Shown here piece by piece: positions 1 through 12,362 of a stretch of 64,000 nt of DNA. The translations under genes and the position numbers were made by a program. The notes under the pieces were generated by a model. The model was not told the origin of the DNA, did not search any database, and saw only the letters and a program-made list of their open reading frames with translations. How positions within the stretch are numbered: the first letter of the stretch is position 1; each line of letters opens with the position of its first letter. This DNA comes from Dirinaria sp. TL-2023a (Eukaryota): assembly GCA_051941275.1 (NCBI GenBank), contig JAVEBF010000006.1, positions 1-64,000 on the forward strand, written 5' to 3'.

Positions 1-20
1 TAACCCTAACCCTAACCCTA
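1..20. repeat. Telomeric repeat tract (TAACCC)3TA
   Basis: Window begins taaccctaaccctaacccta, the C-rich strand of TTAGGG in left-end orientation. Only about 3 units are visible. Confidence 0.8.
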
Positions 21-21
21 C

Positions 22-1299
22 ATAAGGACCGGTACTGCTGAAGAGTGGAGAAAGCGAGATAAAGCTGCCGTGAAGTGGTTCGTCGAAGAGGATCACTTCG
101 CACTGACTCATTCGCTTTTAGAAGAGCTCGAAAATTGGCAAAGGACCCATAATCCTCATTTATCCCAAAGCTGACAACCGCTTGAATATGTTGTAAGGGA
201 AGCCGCACGCTCCGGATGTACCGCTATCCTAGAGTTATTTTTGACAAGGTTTCATTCGTCAATGTCAATCATAAACGATGCATGAATGATTGTCGCTTCA
301 CAAGATCATGTAGCCGCGATACAAATCCTACTGAAAGCTGTCAAATGCGACGAGGATGTCCTCATACCCTTGAGTTTGAGTCAGGTCGTCGAAAAGGACA
401 ACATGTCTATGCTGCAGCTGATTTTGGAAAGAGGTCCTCATTCATAGAGAATCATCAACGCATTACATGTCGCCGCCGATGCAGGAAACCTGATCATGAT
501 CAGTCGACTACTTCAGGAGAAAGTCTTTATGACTGAAATATCGCGTTACTGCGATGTTTTCGACATTCCAGCAACGGAACTTGGCAAAATCATCGTCTAC
601 GCTGCACGAGAGAGGCATCTGGCAGTAGTCGACCGATTGCTGCGGCATGGAGGTGGAAAACCCTTGAAAGATGGAGCTTTGGATGCAGGCCTTGGCGCAG
701 CTGCGCGAAATGAACACTTAGCTATGATTGAGCGACTGTTACATTCTGGTGATTCCATGACTCAACAGTCTCAACTAACCATCGCATTTACAAGAGCCGC
801 TGATGCAGGTCAATTATTCATTATTGAGCGATTGCTCCAGCTTGGTGCGAATGTCAATAGACCTTATTTGGGATTGCCATCGGAATCCTCTGATTTGACA
901 GACATCTCTGGTTTGAGAAGTAGGTCTCAATATGCTCTTTATTATGCTGCTCGTGGAGGTCATAAATCTGTGTTAGACTATCTGGTACGTACGGGTGCTA
1001 CTATCGATGCTCTCAATGTTGTTGATGGTGATCGTGTCACGACATTGTATGGTGTCGCTTCCGACGGACATATCGCAGTTATCAAGATCCTCCTCAAGAA
1101 TGATGCAGACGTCTCATCTGATTGTTTTGTCAAATACGATCAGGTCGATCAGCAGAGGACCGGTTTCGTAAGACATAGCATCACTCTGTACAAGGCAGTA
1201 CATCAACAAGTAAAAGGCGATAAGGACAAAAACCCGGATTTTCTCTTCGTTCTCAAATTATTGAAAGACGCCGCTTCGGCTAGGAAAAGGGACACGTAA
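22..1299 (+). pseudogene. 5'-truncated, decayed ankyrin-repeat gene
   Basis: The frame of ORF 496-1299 (ALYYAARGGHKSVLDYLVRTGA, AADAGQLFIIERLLQLGANVN) continues upstream with ankyrin-like sequence (VREAARSGCTAILELFL, ALHVAADAGNL) to the telomere repeat. It is broken by in-frame stops TGA 172-174, TGA 283-285 and TAG 445-447. Confidence 0.8.
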
Positions 1300-1589
1300 A
1301 CAGAATTTCTGCAAAATCGCTAAGATATGCGGTCTAGAATCATAGACTTATCAAGCCTTCACTGTGACGATCACCAAAAGCTAGCAATAGAACACCACCG
1401 CCAGCTCTTCAAATCTCATTGGTGAAGTTGGGTGTGCTATAGTCACTCAATCAAATTGACGCGGTGTCGCAGAGCTTTCCTCCGGCTAGTACATTCTGTG
1501 CGATTTCACTTCAGCATGTTTCATACAACTGCTAGTGCTATTCTTGAAAGTTGAGATTTTCTTATTTCTAAAATCCAGTCGGATGAGTT

Positions 1590-1950
1590 ATAAGCTCTCA
1601 AATAATCTATTATGATATGCAGATCTTTTCTCAACTCGAAGCGAACCCTGAATTGAAACAAGATAGACAAGCGTGACATCCAAGATAAGCAATAATTTTC
1701 CAAGTTCTCTTCAGTCTTGGATCACATCGGCTATCGCTGTTTGTTCGATCTTGATTTCTCCCCAAGTATGTACATCCATTGACTTTAAGCTTATTTCATT
1801 TGTCAGCTGCACTCAACGAAGTGTGTATCTGTACTCGATTTCTAAAACGAAGGTTAGCAATGCTTCCCAGTACAATGTTTTCATATCCTGACACTGCTTT
1901 TCAAAAATGCTGCAGGTAAGATCTAGTCAAAGATAATGGTGTTTGGAAGC
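1590..1950 (-). pseudogene. Possible degenerate HET-domain remnant
   Basis: Minus strand reads KHHYL*LDLTCSIFEKQCQDMKTLYWEALLTFVL, resembling the HET motif YLWIDxxC...QxxxMxxIYxxA. AT-rich with several stops. Confidence 0.35.
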
Positions 1951-2221
1951 TTACTCGGATCAAAAGATCATAGTAATAATTCCATATGAAATAATTAGTC
2001 ACTATCTATATATATCCTAGGGACTTATCATGCGTCCGGGTTCCTCAATCGACGCCGCATGACGATGAAGTTCAATGATTTGCAGCGTTTTGCTATTGCT
2101 ATTGCTGAAGCTAAGAGTGAGTCTAAAAATCTGCAGTGTGTCTCCAACTCGAGTGCTTAAATTTGTCGACTTCTTCATGCGATATAGAAATCTCGAATTC
2201 AAGTCTCCTTGCATTCAGTAA

Positions 2222-3984
2222 TCAGGATGTTTTCTTATGCGACGACTCCAACCCTATCATCAACGACTCCCTCTGCCATAGAGCATACGTCTTCTGCTCC
2301 TCAAATATCATGCTATACCCATCAGGAACGCTTAGTCGAAAATTCCAGAGCAGCTTTGCTAGCACGAGTCGCATCTCTGCATAAGCCAAAGTTATGGCTA
2401 TACAGCTGCGCGGCCCAACCGAGAAAGGCTGAACAACCTTCCGGTTATCTCTCGCGAGTGTGCTAGTAACTTGACCTGGATCAGACACGCACGAAGATAC
2501 TACATCATACGGACCCGGCAGCCAGCGCTCTGGAATGAAATCATCAGGAAAAGAAAAGTTATCCTTCGAGCGATAGGCCGCAAATTGAGGAACCCCGACA
2601 AACGTCTGCCAGAATTGCGACATTGAATCAGCCTAGGCGAAGCAAGTGAAACATGGGTACCTACATTTCCTGGAAGAAATTCTCCACAGACAGTGTCTCC
2701 ACCTGGGGGTACGATACGAGGAATCTGCGTCGGTATCGCAGGTGCCATACGGAACCCTTCTTGAAAGACCGCTTGTAAGTAGGGAAGCTTTTCCAACGCA
2801 CTCAGAGTGATGTCGCTCTCGTTGTCGAAGGATGCATGTATTTCCTCGCACAACTTCTCCAGTTTAGGTCTGTTTCGAAGCAAGAGATTCGTCGTTGCTG
2901 TCAAACTGCTCGCAGTGCTCTCCGCTCCTGCCACGATCAGAAGTGCTGAAGTTGCTTCAAGCTCTGGTAGAGTGATTTCCGATGTCTGATTGTTGAGTAA
3001 AACGTAGGAAATGATATCTTTGCGGTCGGTCTGTAACTTTAGGCGACGTTGAAATTTTTCCCTACTCATCTCGAAGTGTCGCTGGGCTTGTATCATGGCC
3101 GCCTTGGGAGTGATAAGATAAATCAAAGGTTTTAATAGTGGATAAAAGTTCGCGCAAGCCTTTAGCGAAGCGGATTTCAGATGACTAAATAGGAATGAAA
3201 CCCATATATGATACGCCTCGTGTTTGAGGCAGTCAAACGGTTCACCGAAACCCAGGTCGCCCTAAGAAGAATACTCGGTCAATCAGGGTCGTCATTCCCC
3301 TAGAAAAACTTACTATTATGTCGAAAGTAGTCCAATTATAATAATCGGAGATATCCACGATTCGATCTTTTGAGGAAATCTTTTCCTTCAACTTATCAAC
3401 GAGCAAGTTTACATACTGCTGTAGTATAGGCTCTTGCGCCATAAGTGCTTTGGAGCTAAAGGCTGCTGAGAGTGGTCTACGCATGCGAGCATGATCATTT
3501 CTAGCAGCATGAATAATCGACCGAGCACCGTTCGGTGAGGGTCGTGCCCATATTGGATTCTTTTGAAACTCTTGGTAGCCTTTCTTGCGAAATCCGTAGA
3601 TATCTTGCCAAGCTGCGGCATCGATGAAAGACAATTCGTTTGGAGCCAGGCGCACTATTGGACCGTATCTGTCATGGAATCTCTTGGTATCGTGAACAAG
3701 ATTACCAATTCTGAGCGATACGACGAATGGTAGTCGGCTCGAAGCCCATAACCTAGGGCCCGGATAACGTGAGAGGGGGTGAAAGTGTAGATTATAGACA
3801 ACGACCTTATCTCGTGTCAGCGTCGGAATTGATGCTACCTGGAGGGCCACTTTGACCATAGAAAAACACATACAGTTATCCAGTATACAATCAAAGCCAC
3901 AAAGCAAAGGGAAAAAACTTGCAGCATGTTGAAGTCATCAGTAGATACTTCTGTAGAAGGTGAGCCTCTTGAGATGAGGATCAT
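2222..3984 (-). CDS. Cytochrome P450, CYP65/Tri11-like, 4 exons
   Basis: N-terminal anchor then YNLHFHPLSRYPGP; I-helix AGAEST, ExxR (EGFR), PERW, heme motif PFSVGPRSCIA. Three canonical introns join the ORF pieces. ATG at 3984 (alternative 3927). Confidence 0.93.
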
Positions 3985-4754
3985 AACTTTCGAGCAGTTT
4001 GAATTACCGACATTCTCGGCTAGCTCCAGTGCCCAAGGGGCTCAGTATACGTCAACGTCTGGGTAACTCTCGGACTATCCGTCTTGATCAGCGTGCTGGT
4101 GAGCCTGAAACGCGAAATGAAGCTGCAGAATGCTGTGCACCGGCACTGCTCTCACCACATCTGGTGTTCAGCTCCGGTCTAGGCGTTACAATCGGTTGGG
4201 TTGATTGAGCCTTAGAGTAAAAAGTGGACCCAATTTCCCGGACCTGGCGATCATCCAGGAAATTTCTGAAGTGCGCTCAGCCGTCCTGGCGCATCCATCA
4301 AGCTGATACTCTCAACGGAAGCTTGTAGACAGCGAAAGAATAACCGATAGCGGCACGGACTGGTGATCAATGACGCTCTCCCTAGTCACGTAGAAGAATA
4401 TGGCATGTTCGAACGGGTCTGTTACGTCAATGCCTACTGCATCTGGGGCAGATCATGGCGCTTCGCATTCTACCAAAGGTCATCCGTGTAAGGCTCAGAT
4501 ATGTCATTAATGCTCACAGACACAAACGGCAATTTCCAAGGCTCGTTCATCAATGATAGTGGTAGGAGTATCTCATGCCACATTCTGAGTTCCGCCCTCC
4601 CCGGAGAATTACGCCCCTTTAGCCCAGTTGCAAGGTCTAGCTATTGCTGACTGGAACCACAAAGTGTCAAAGCTGCGAACCTACAAGTCGCAAATACAAT
4701 GCTAGCCTATAAGCAGCTTCAAGCGAGGTCTGCCTAGCTCATACTAAATTTCTA

Positions 4755-6263
4755 TCAAACAGCTGTGTTTTCCGATCTCAGCTGCTCGGTCGATTCTGTG
4801 GTGCTGGAGGGTAGAGGGCCTAGTCTGATGTCTTGAGTATCGAACGAGGCCATGTCTCTCTTTCCATTGCTAGTAGCGAGAGTTCTGGCTGATCTATTCT
4901 TGTAGGCCTCCCGCATGGACAATTGAGTCCGCGTTGTGCCGGTAGTATCAATACTCTTCTTACCATATAGGAGACTGCGCATGGAGCTTCCCAACTTGGA
5001 GGAATAGACTACGCGACAGAATGACGGCATTGTGAGCATGTTTGCGCAGATGATACCCACACACATCTCAATTGACCTATTCATGTATCGGTAAGGGTTC
5101 CATGAGAGGCAGTAGGCTGCTAGGGCGACTTACTGCCATAGCATTTCAGGGCCTAATGCCCATGTGGAATCTTTGGCAGATAGGGTAGTGACAACGATGG
5201 CTTCGCGTACGCAGGCGGCTGTAAGCGTACTAGGAGGTAGCCAGGTTAGCAATAGTCGGACTAGGCACAGTGGTGAACATACAACAAGCCAACCGCAAAG
5301 ACACTTGTCAGACCAATCTTGCGAGTCAAAGATAGCTGCAGCCTCCATATCATGGGAACTGGTAAGATCAGAATAAAAAAATCCGTTCCAATGTTGAAAC
5401 CTCCGTATGCGGCTTCTAAATGAATACCATTCATGCACTTAGCAGTTTTACCCGGTTGCGGATGCCATGAGTCGTGAAAATTATAACACAGGAAGAGAAT
5501 GAAGAAGAAGCTGATGATGAGATAGACTGAGGTAAGCGCCATGAGACCAAACGTCAGGTATCGGAACATCCTCTTAACTTGGAAAATGGTTAGGTAGAAA
5601 AATAGAATAGACAGTTTGGCGCATAGGATAGCGAGTAAATAAACAAGGTCGGCTATCGACTTCAGCTAGATTTTCAACCACAGTCAGTCGTTCCATCCCA
5701 AGACATAGGATTTCTGCTTACATTGTACAGCTCTAAGAAGTTCTCGACTGGAATGTCCCCTTCCCGAGATTAATTGACACTATTATAGTCGTTCCTGGAA
5801 GGACTTACAGATATGGCGGCCGATGCCATACGTCTTGATGTCTAGGTTCAAAGGTAAGCCATGAATTAACGAAGTGGAACGAAGAGTAGTACTAGTCGTC
5901 TCCAGTATTGCACGTGCTAGGCCAAAGAGCTGTTTCAGAGATATGGTATCAATGGGGAACCCTTCTTAGTGTCAACTACTGACGCCTACCAGTGCAAGGA
6001 TTGAGAAATCTGTTTCTGGTCAGCTCAAATCTGGCATATCGCGCAGGCTAGAACCCACAATCATCCCATGAAAGCTTCTTCCTCTGCCCGAGTAGCTTGG
6101 ACGAGATGCGAAAGCCCAAAAGTACGATGGCGATGGATAAGAGTGTCCATATTGTTGGTATAGTGCTCCAAGCGTTGTTTGGTGGGTCTACATAGTTTAT
6201 CGTTTGCCCTGGAGGAGGAGGAATACCTCCTTCTGAGATGGCAATTGCTCGCCCTGACAGCAT
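4755..6263 (-). CDS. PTH11-like (fungal rhodopsin-domain) membrane protein without CFEM, multi-intron
   Basis: PPPPGQTINYVDPP N-terminus, WDD, GIGRHI, AKLSILFFYLTIF, NIGTDFFILILPVPMIWRLQLSLTRKIGL, SIEMCVGIICA. Confidence 0.88.
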
Positions 6264-6933
6264 CTCTCCAGCAAGGTGCGGCAAGATTGTGTATGGTAGG
6301 ATTTGTTGATTCTGTAATATGATGTTTTAGGGGACGATGAATAGGGCAAACGCGCAAGAATGGAATATTTGCTTGAGAGGTTTTCAGTCGCAACGCTGGG
6401 CAACACCAATATGCTTGAGCGGGCGGTCCATGGAAGGTCTTACTGAAATGGCAGCTTCTCCACGGGCCTGCAAGCTATGAGATCATCATAGAAGCTCCAA
6501 TGATTACCTATCAACCCACCTCCATGGGCGACGCAAAGGCTCAGGTGCATAGAGCATGCATAGTGGGGGCCATGTTTCTATGCACTTCGCTGGTTGCCTT
6601 GTTTGCCTTGCTCAATGCTCCCGAGATAAGGTGATTAGGTACCTTAGTGGTGTGAGGCATTTTTCCAGATTTTCTTGCATGCATAAATCCCCATAATGCG
6701 AGCCGCACCCGCCATCATATGCCCTGTTCCACATCCCGCATGCCAGTTGAGTTTGCTGATCTTTTGTTCGAAACAGGTCGTTAGTAAGGGGGGTATGCAC
6801 ACTGTTTCAAACGGTAATGTTACCCTTTGAAAAAGAAAACGCTGTGAATACAATTCCCCGCCTCATTACGTATTTTCGGCCAAGTCACACTCCACACTCA
6901 ACTCCATTCTGACCAACAACGGAATTTTCAACT

Positions 6934-8674
6934 ATGGATTCTCCAGGTTTGCCACGGTTGCTAATCTACTTTGTCTGCATCTCTGCGATAGTTCTCCTCG
7001 TGAAAGCCTACCACAACCACTTGCGCACCAGCCACCTGAAACGCATGGGTATTTCGCCAAATTTATTCGGTATTGGCACACAAGCAGCACGGTCTGATTT
7101 CTTGAGACACGGCCGCGATTATATCAGAGAAGGATGCGACACTGTAAGTGCTGGAGAATTCAATCTCGTAATGTAGAATCGGGCTGAAAAACTTTGGACG
7201 GCAGGGTAAAGCTTTCATCGTTCAGACCGCCGATATCGAGCGGATAATTCTACCACCAAAATATCTTGAAGAACTCAAAAGCTTTCCTGACGCCAAGCTA
7301 AGCCATCGGCTCTCAATAATTGATCGCCATCTTGGGAAGTACACGAGGCTGGATACCGTAGCAAACAGCCAACTCCATCGCGATGTCTGCGCCGGTCAGC
7401 TATCGAGCCGTCTAGGTGACCGCTATGAGCCTCCATTAGCACGATATTTGCTGACAGAACGGAAGGTGATCTTCTGGGTCCCATGAACGACGAATTTAGC
7501 TATGCCTTGGACAAGAATTTGGGGGCAATTGGCACTCGTTGTAAGCTCTTTTGTACTAGTCATCCAAGTGAAGCCTGATCCACGGTATAGCATTCACTGC
7601 ATACCATACATACAAATTGTGTGTGGAGACTCTGACTCGGACAACTTGCCGAGTGCTCGTCGGACATCCATTGTGTCGAGATACTGAGTGGCTCAAGATG
7701 GCAACGGCATATTCGGGAGATGTGACCGGCCTTTCAGCAGCATTGCGACGATACCATCCTTTGCTCAGACCCTTGGCGTACCCTTTGCTCAAAGCCTCGA
7801 AGAGACTGCACCGAGACTTTGCCGTCGCCAGGGAACATCTATCACCTTTAATCGCCGAGCGCCGGTCAGAGCCAGCAAAGACAGAGAACAAGCCACTAGA
7901 CATACTTCAGTGGCTCCTTGATGGTGCGAAGGCTCCAGATACCGATCCCGAGCAGATAATGCTCAAATGCCTATTCCTCCTATTAGCTTCTGTCCATACC
8001 ACAACCATAACCACCGTTCAAGCACTGTTCGACATTTGTGCAATTCCCGGGCAAGTGGGTTCTCTAAGGGAGGAGCTCCAAGAGTCTCTAGCTATCGAGA
8101 AAGGCTGGACCATGCGAACTGTGAATCGTCTGCGAAAGATGGATAGTCTGCTCCGTGAGTCGCAGAGGATGAACCCAATGGGGCTTGGTACACAGCATTC
8201 TCACTATCGTCGAATATTGTGTATGCTAAATCTCGTTTAGTGGGATTTCACCGGCGGATCAGAGAAGACATAACACTTTCAGACGGCACCTTTTTACCGT
8301 CAGGTTTCCAATTGAGCGTCGCCGCTGATGTTCTAATCAGAGATTCGATGCGATACCCACACCCGGAAGTTTTTGACCCTATGAGATTCTTCGATCCAGA
8401 AAGGACAAAACCTGAAGAAGGAAACCAAGTGGCATTTACCTCTCTCCAAGACAGCCTAGCGTTTGGCTACGGTCGACAAGCTTGTCCTGGGCGATGGTTT
8501 GCTTCTACACAAGTCAAACTATGTCTTGCGCATCTTATCAAAAATTTTGACATTCGGTTTCCGGATGGGCAATCTACTCGTCCACCAAATGTATCTCGAG
8601 ACGAGCGAATGATGCCTGATCCAGAGCAGCAGATTTGCCTTCGTAAGAGGGCACCGAGCGTCTCCAATGAGTAA
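6934..8674 (+). CDS. Cytochrome P450, ent-kaurene oxidase-related clan (CYP68/CYP503/CYP512-like), 5 exons
   Basis: IILPPKYLEELK, LASVHTT I-helix, LRESQRMNP, heme motif FGYGRQACPGRWFA. Canonical introns. Confidence 0.93.
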
Positions 8675-9374
8675 CAAGTGAATTGCGTAATATGCGTGAG
8701 CTTTATTACGATATACGAATCAAGATTTCCATACATCGCATACAACCTTGCCATATTCATATTCATGTGAAATGCGAATTAGAGAGCTGTATATCAGACG
8801 GTCGGGAGAAAACTTCAACATCAGAAACCCGCTACTCGTGCCGCACCTCATTAGTTCCGCTAGACCCCATTAGCTTAGCTGATAAGTGATTGCTTGATAG
8901 CCAATCAATACTCGTCTTAAACCCTCAATGCAAGCTAGTGTTGAAGTCTACGACGTGACTGAACCCTAACGACGTTCCGCTCAAGGACCATTGACTATAT
9001 CCAGAAATTTCCTCACTGCTTGAGGATGGATCATGTAGTGGGAATACTTTGTAAATCGGACGTATATCCATGAGTGTAAAACTTTTAGGTTGATTGTGTA
9101 CCTAGGTGACTTAGAGACCCTAACCCTAAGCCAAATTACTGAGCGCTATCAACCAAGATGGTGAACATATGGTAGACTGATAAGTCCTGTGCCCGGAAAG
9201 TAAATCAATTCTCACTTCAGACAATTAATTCTAAGACAATTGTGATGAACAGCCTAATTGTAGAGACTACTATGATTGGAGACAATTGGATATTGAACTG
9301 CTGGTTGCTTGCTAATACATTGGTGCCAATAACAGCACTCTCACAATTGCTAACAAGATAATCTATCGGGCAAC

Positions 9375-11147
9375 TCACTGCCTTCTTCGAAACAACAGCT
9401 TTGCTTCGGGATTGGGAAAGACGTACTCATGGAGACAAACATTGTCTGGTCGCGTCTCACCGTCTGCAAGCTTGAGATCAAAATCGAGCAGAAGCTGTGC
9501 AATTACCATCTTGACAGTATTAGCCGCGAAAAATCTGCCAGGACAAGCGTATTTCCCATGTCCGAAGTGCATGTTGTTCTTGCTCGTCGTAGCGAATTGG
9601 TGCCTGTTGCCTTCACCAGGTTGGAGACGATTCTCATGGTGACGGAACCCTTGGAATTGGAATGGATCGGGGGTGACTTGCGCGTCAACGACGATGGGGT
9701 AAATTGGCATCATCAGGTGGACATCCTTCGGTAGACACACACCATCACCAAGGGTGAGCGGTTGTTTCACATGGCGTTTGAAGCCCACTACAAACAACTT
9801 TAGACTCTGAATTGAATAGTAAGGGTAGAACATGACTCACATAGGCTAGGTGGATTCAGACGCTGAGACTCTCTCATAAAACTGTCCAATTTTCGCATCT
9901 TGGTGAGACTCGTCTTAGTGAATTGGGCATTCTCTGATGTCATCTCTATGACTTCCTCTCTGAGCGGCTGAATATACTCAGGTCTGGAAGAAACATCGAA
10001 AAGTGTTTGTGTAGCAGCCATGGAGGTCGTGTGGACAGCTGCCAGGGTCAATATCAAAAGTCTGTGGGCAAGCCGATGAGGCGCTCCGTCGTACTCATTC
10101 GCCTCGTCCATCATCCATTGGAGGAAGTCATTAGGTCTCTCCATACCAACGTATCCCGTTGCCGCAGCCTTTCTTCGTGCGTGGATCTCTGGAATTATGA
10201 TGTCTTGTGCTCTTTTAAGGGCTCTGGATACACGCCAGCTATAGGGTATGAACCATGCCGCGACCGGCTTTGCGATATTAGGGAACAAACGCAGAAGAAT
10301 GATAGTGCGAAACGCATTCTCCGTGTAAATTAGTGCAGTTGAAAGCCAATCCTCATCACGACATAAACGAGGGCCTACGAAATGGCGCGCCGCAATATGA
10401 GATACCAGACGCAGGATCAGATGGAAAGCGCCGAACGGCGCAAAGTCCTCTGCTGGCCCATTCATGTTAGCTATGCGATGCTATCTCAAGACAACACGAC
10501 TCACTTTGGGTTCCAGATAGTTCTGAATTCAGCGCTCTCTTGAGTTCTGCCTGGGTTCCGGTAACAAGGTGCGCCAACTTTGGGGTCAGTTTGGTCTGTA
10601 TAACATGTGTATGTAAATGACCTTCCAAGAGGATATTGGTTGTGGAGTACAATCCCTGGAAATTCTGTTCAACGGCGTCAATAGAGGATTAGAACCTCGT
10701 ACATAACTTGTTGCTTACATCGATATTAGCTTGAATAGAGCTAAGCCGGTCCTCCGGTAAGTTTCGTAACTCGTCTACATACTTGTTAGGTAGGATCAGA
10801 ATATCGTGCCCCGATAGTTTGAACAATTTGTCGCCGAACTGATCGGTGTTCAGCTACTTCATTTGAATGCAGTTTTCTTGCGGACTTACTTTGCGGTAAC
10901 CTTCCTGGACATAGGTACTTGCATCCTTGAAAAATTTGTATCGAGCAAACAGGCTCCAATTAGGGCCAACAATTGGGGCATCCACAAGCGTGTTGCCTTT
11001 GGACGGGAACATCTCCGTAAGGCTGAACCACACGAAGGGGAGAATGACGGCGATTGCGATGCTGGCAGGAGTAATATACATAGCTGAGCCCTTCAGAAGC
11101 GTAAAGACCGAATGCATATAGTTGTTACTTGGACTGAGTTGATCCAT
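9375..11147 (-). CDS. Cytochrome P450, CYP503 (ent-kaurene oxidase P450-4)-like, multi-exon
   Basis: YSTTNILLEGHLHTHVIQTKLTPKL, LAAVHTTS, FMRESQRLNPPS, heme motif FGHGKYACPGRFFA. Confidence 0.93.
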
Positions 11148-11250
11148 GGTTATCTGTCTGGCGAGCGGTTCTGGCGACTTTTTCGAACTCTAGTAGTCTA
11201 TGTTTGTATATTTCACAAAGAACATACCTCAGGATCATGAAGAAAAAGGC

Positions 11251-11265
11251 CGGATTTTCGAAAGT
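11251..11265. promoter_or_regulatory. CGGATTTTCGAAAGT motif upstream of the CYP503-like gene
   Basis: About 105 bp upstream of ATG 11147. Differs by one indel from the core of the palindrome at 18013-18040. Confidence 0.35.
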
Positions 11266-12362
11266 AAAGTCGGACAGCTACTGTGACTGCTGTGTCGCAG
11301 AAAGATGTACTGTAACGCCAATCTGCGGTGACAAACTGCATATTTCGCATCGTATCCATAATGATGGTGATCTCAAACCCAATGCCTCGGGGATTCAGGC
11401 TTGAGACCCGCATCTTTCGGACAAAGTAAGCGGCGTAAAATAGACACGCCTCATCAGACACAGGTAGATCGTTCCTCGGCAGTGCAATGCTATGCTCATC
11501 AACAAGTGTCATAGGCTATGATGCTCAGCATTCATGCATCCTGCTCAAGCGATGTCATCGGCCGGAAGATGTGTGGATTGTATCCATCACGGAGAGGAGC
11601 TCGCTAAGGCTGATCTTGCTACGCCTCCATCGAGGGTCTCTGGATCCAGGAGTCTATCAGCTTGATGGCAGGCATCGAGAATCTTAGTGCGAAGTGTGGA
11701 TCGCTCAGAGTCTCATGTGGGTCAAAGTTTGCAAGAGTCCGAGGTTCCGATGGTGGAGTGTCATTTCGGGAATGACCCGCGTGTCCGTACATCTTAGCGT
11801 GGCGCTAGGAAGTTTTCTAGGTACTGCCCGTGTTTGACGTACTGCCTAGCGGGCCATCGTTATTTCGAGCTTGTCATTGGTCTTGGACTCCCTTGAAATT
11901 TCTACAAGGTGGTGTGCTGGCAAGGTCATGACTCCTCGGCAGGTGGCGATCCTTATTGATCGTCCGAGCACGTCGTCGCCGCAAGCAACAATAATGACCA
12001 GCCGCACGCCAAGACAAGGTGTGGCAGCCTTGAGCAATATCTTAACCCACCCACGAAGTCGAGCCTACGAATAAGAAGCAGATCTCGACTTCACGAGCTT
12101 CTAGGCGTTGGAAAGTGACATCAGCTATCATGCACAGCTTCAGCCAACGGAGAAACTTTCAAGGAAGATGCAATCGGGTATGCAGAGAGTCTGAGAGGAC
12201 AAATGCCGGGAGGGCAAAGCACCAGCATCAGTTCCAGGCACACTGTTCGCACTCGCAAATAAGCTTACTACACATAAGATACAGAGCCAACAACGAGTAG
12301 CTGCAATCGCACTTGTTAGTAGTAAGCGACCAGCATCTAATACTTACTAGATCATTGACAAG

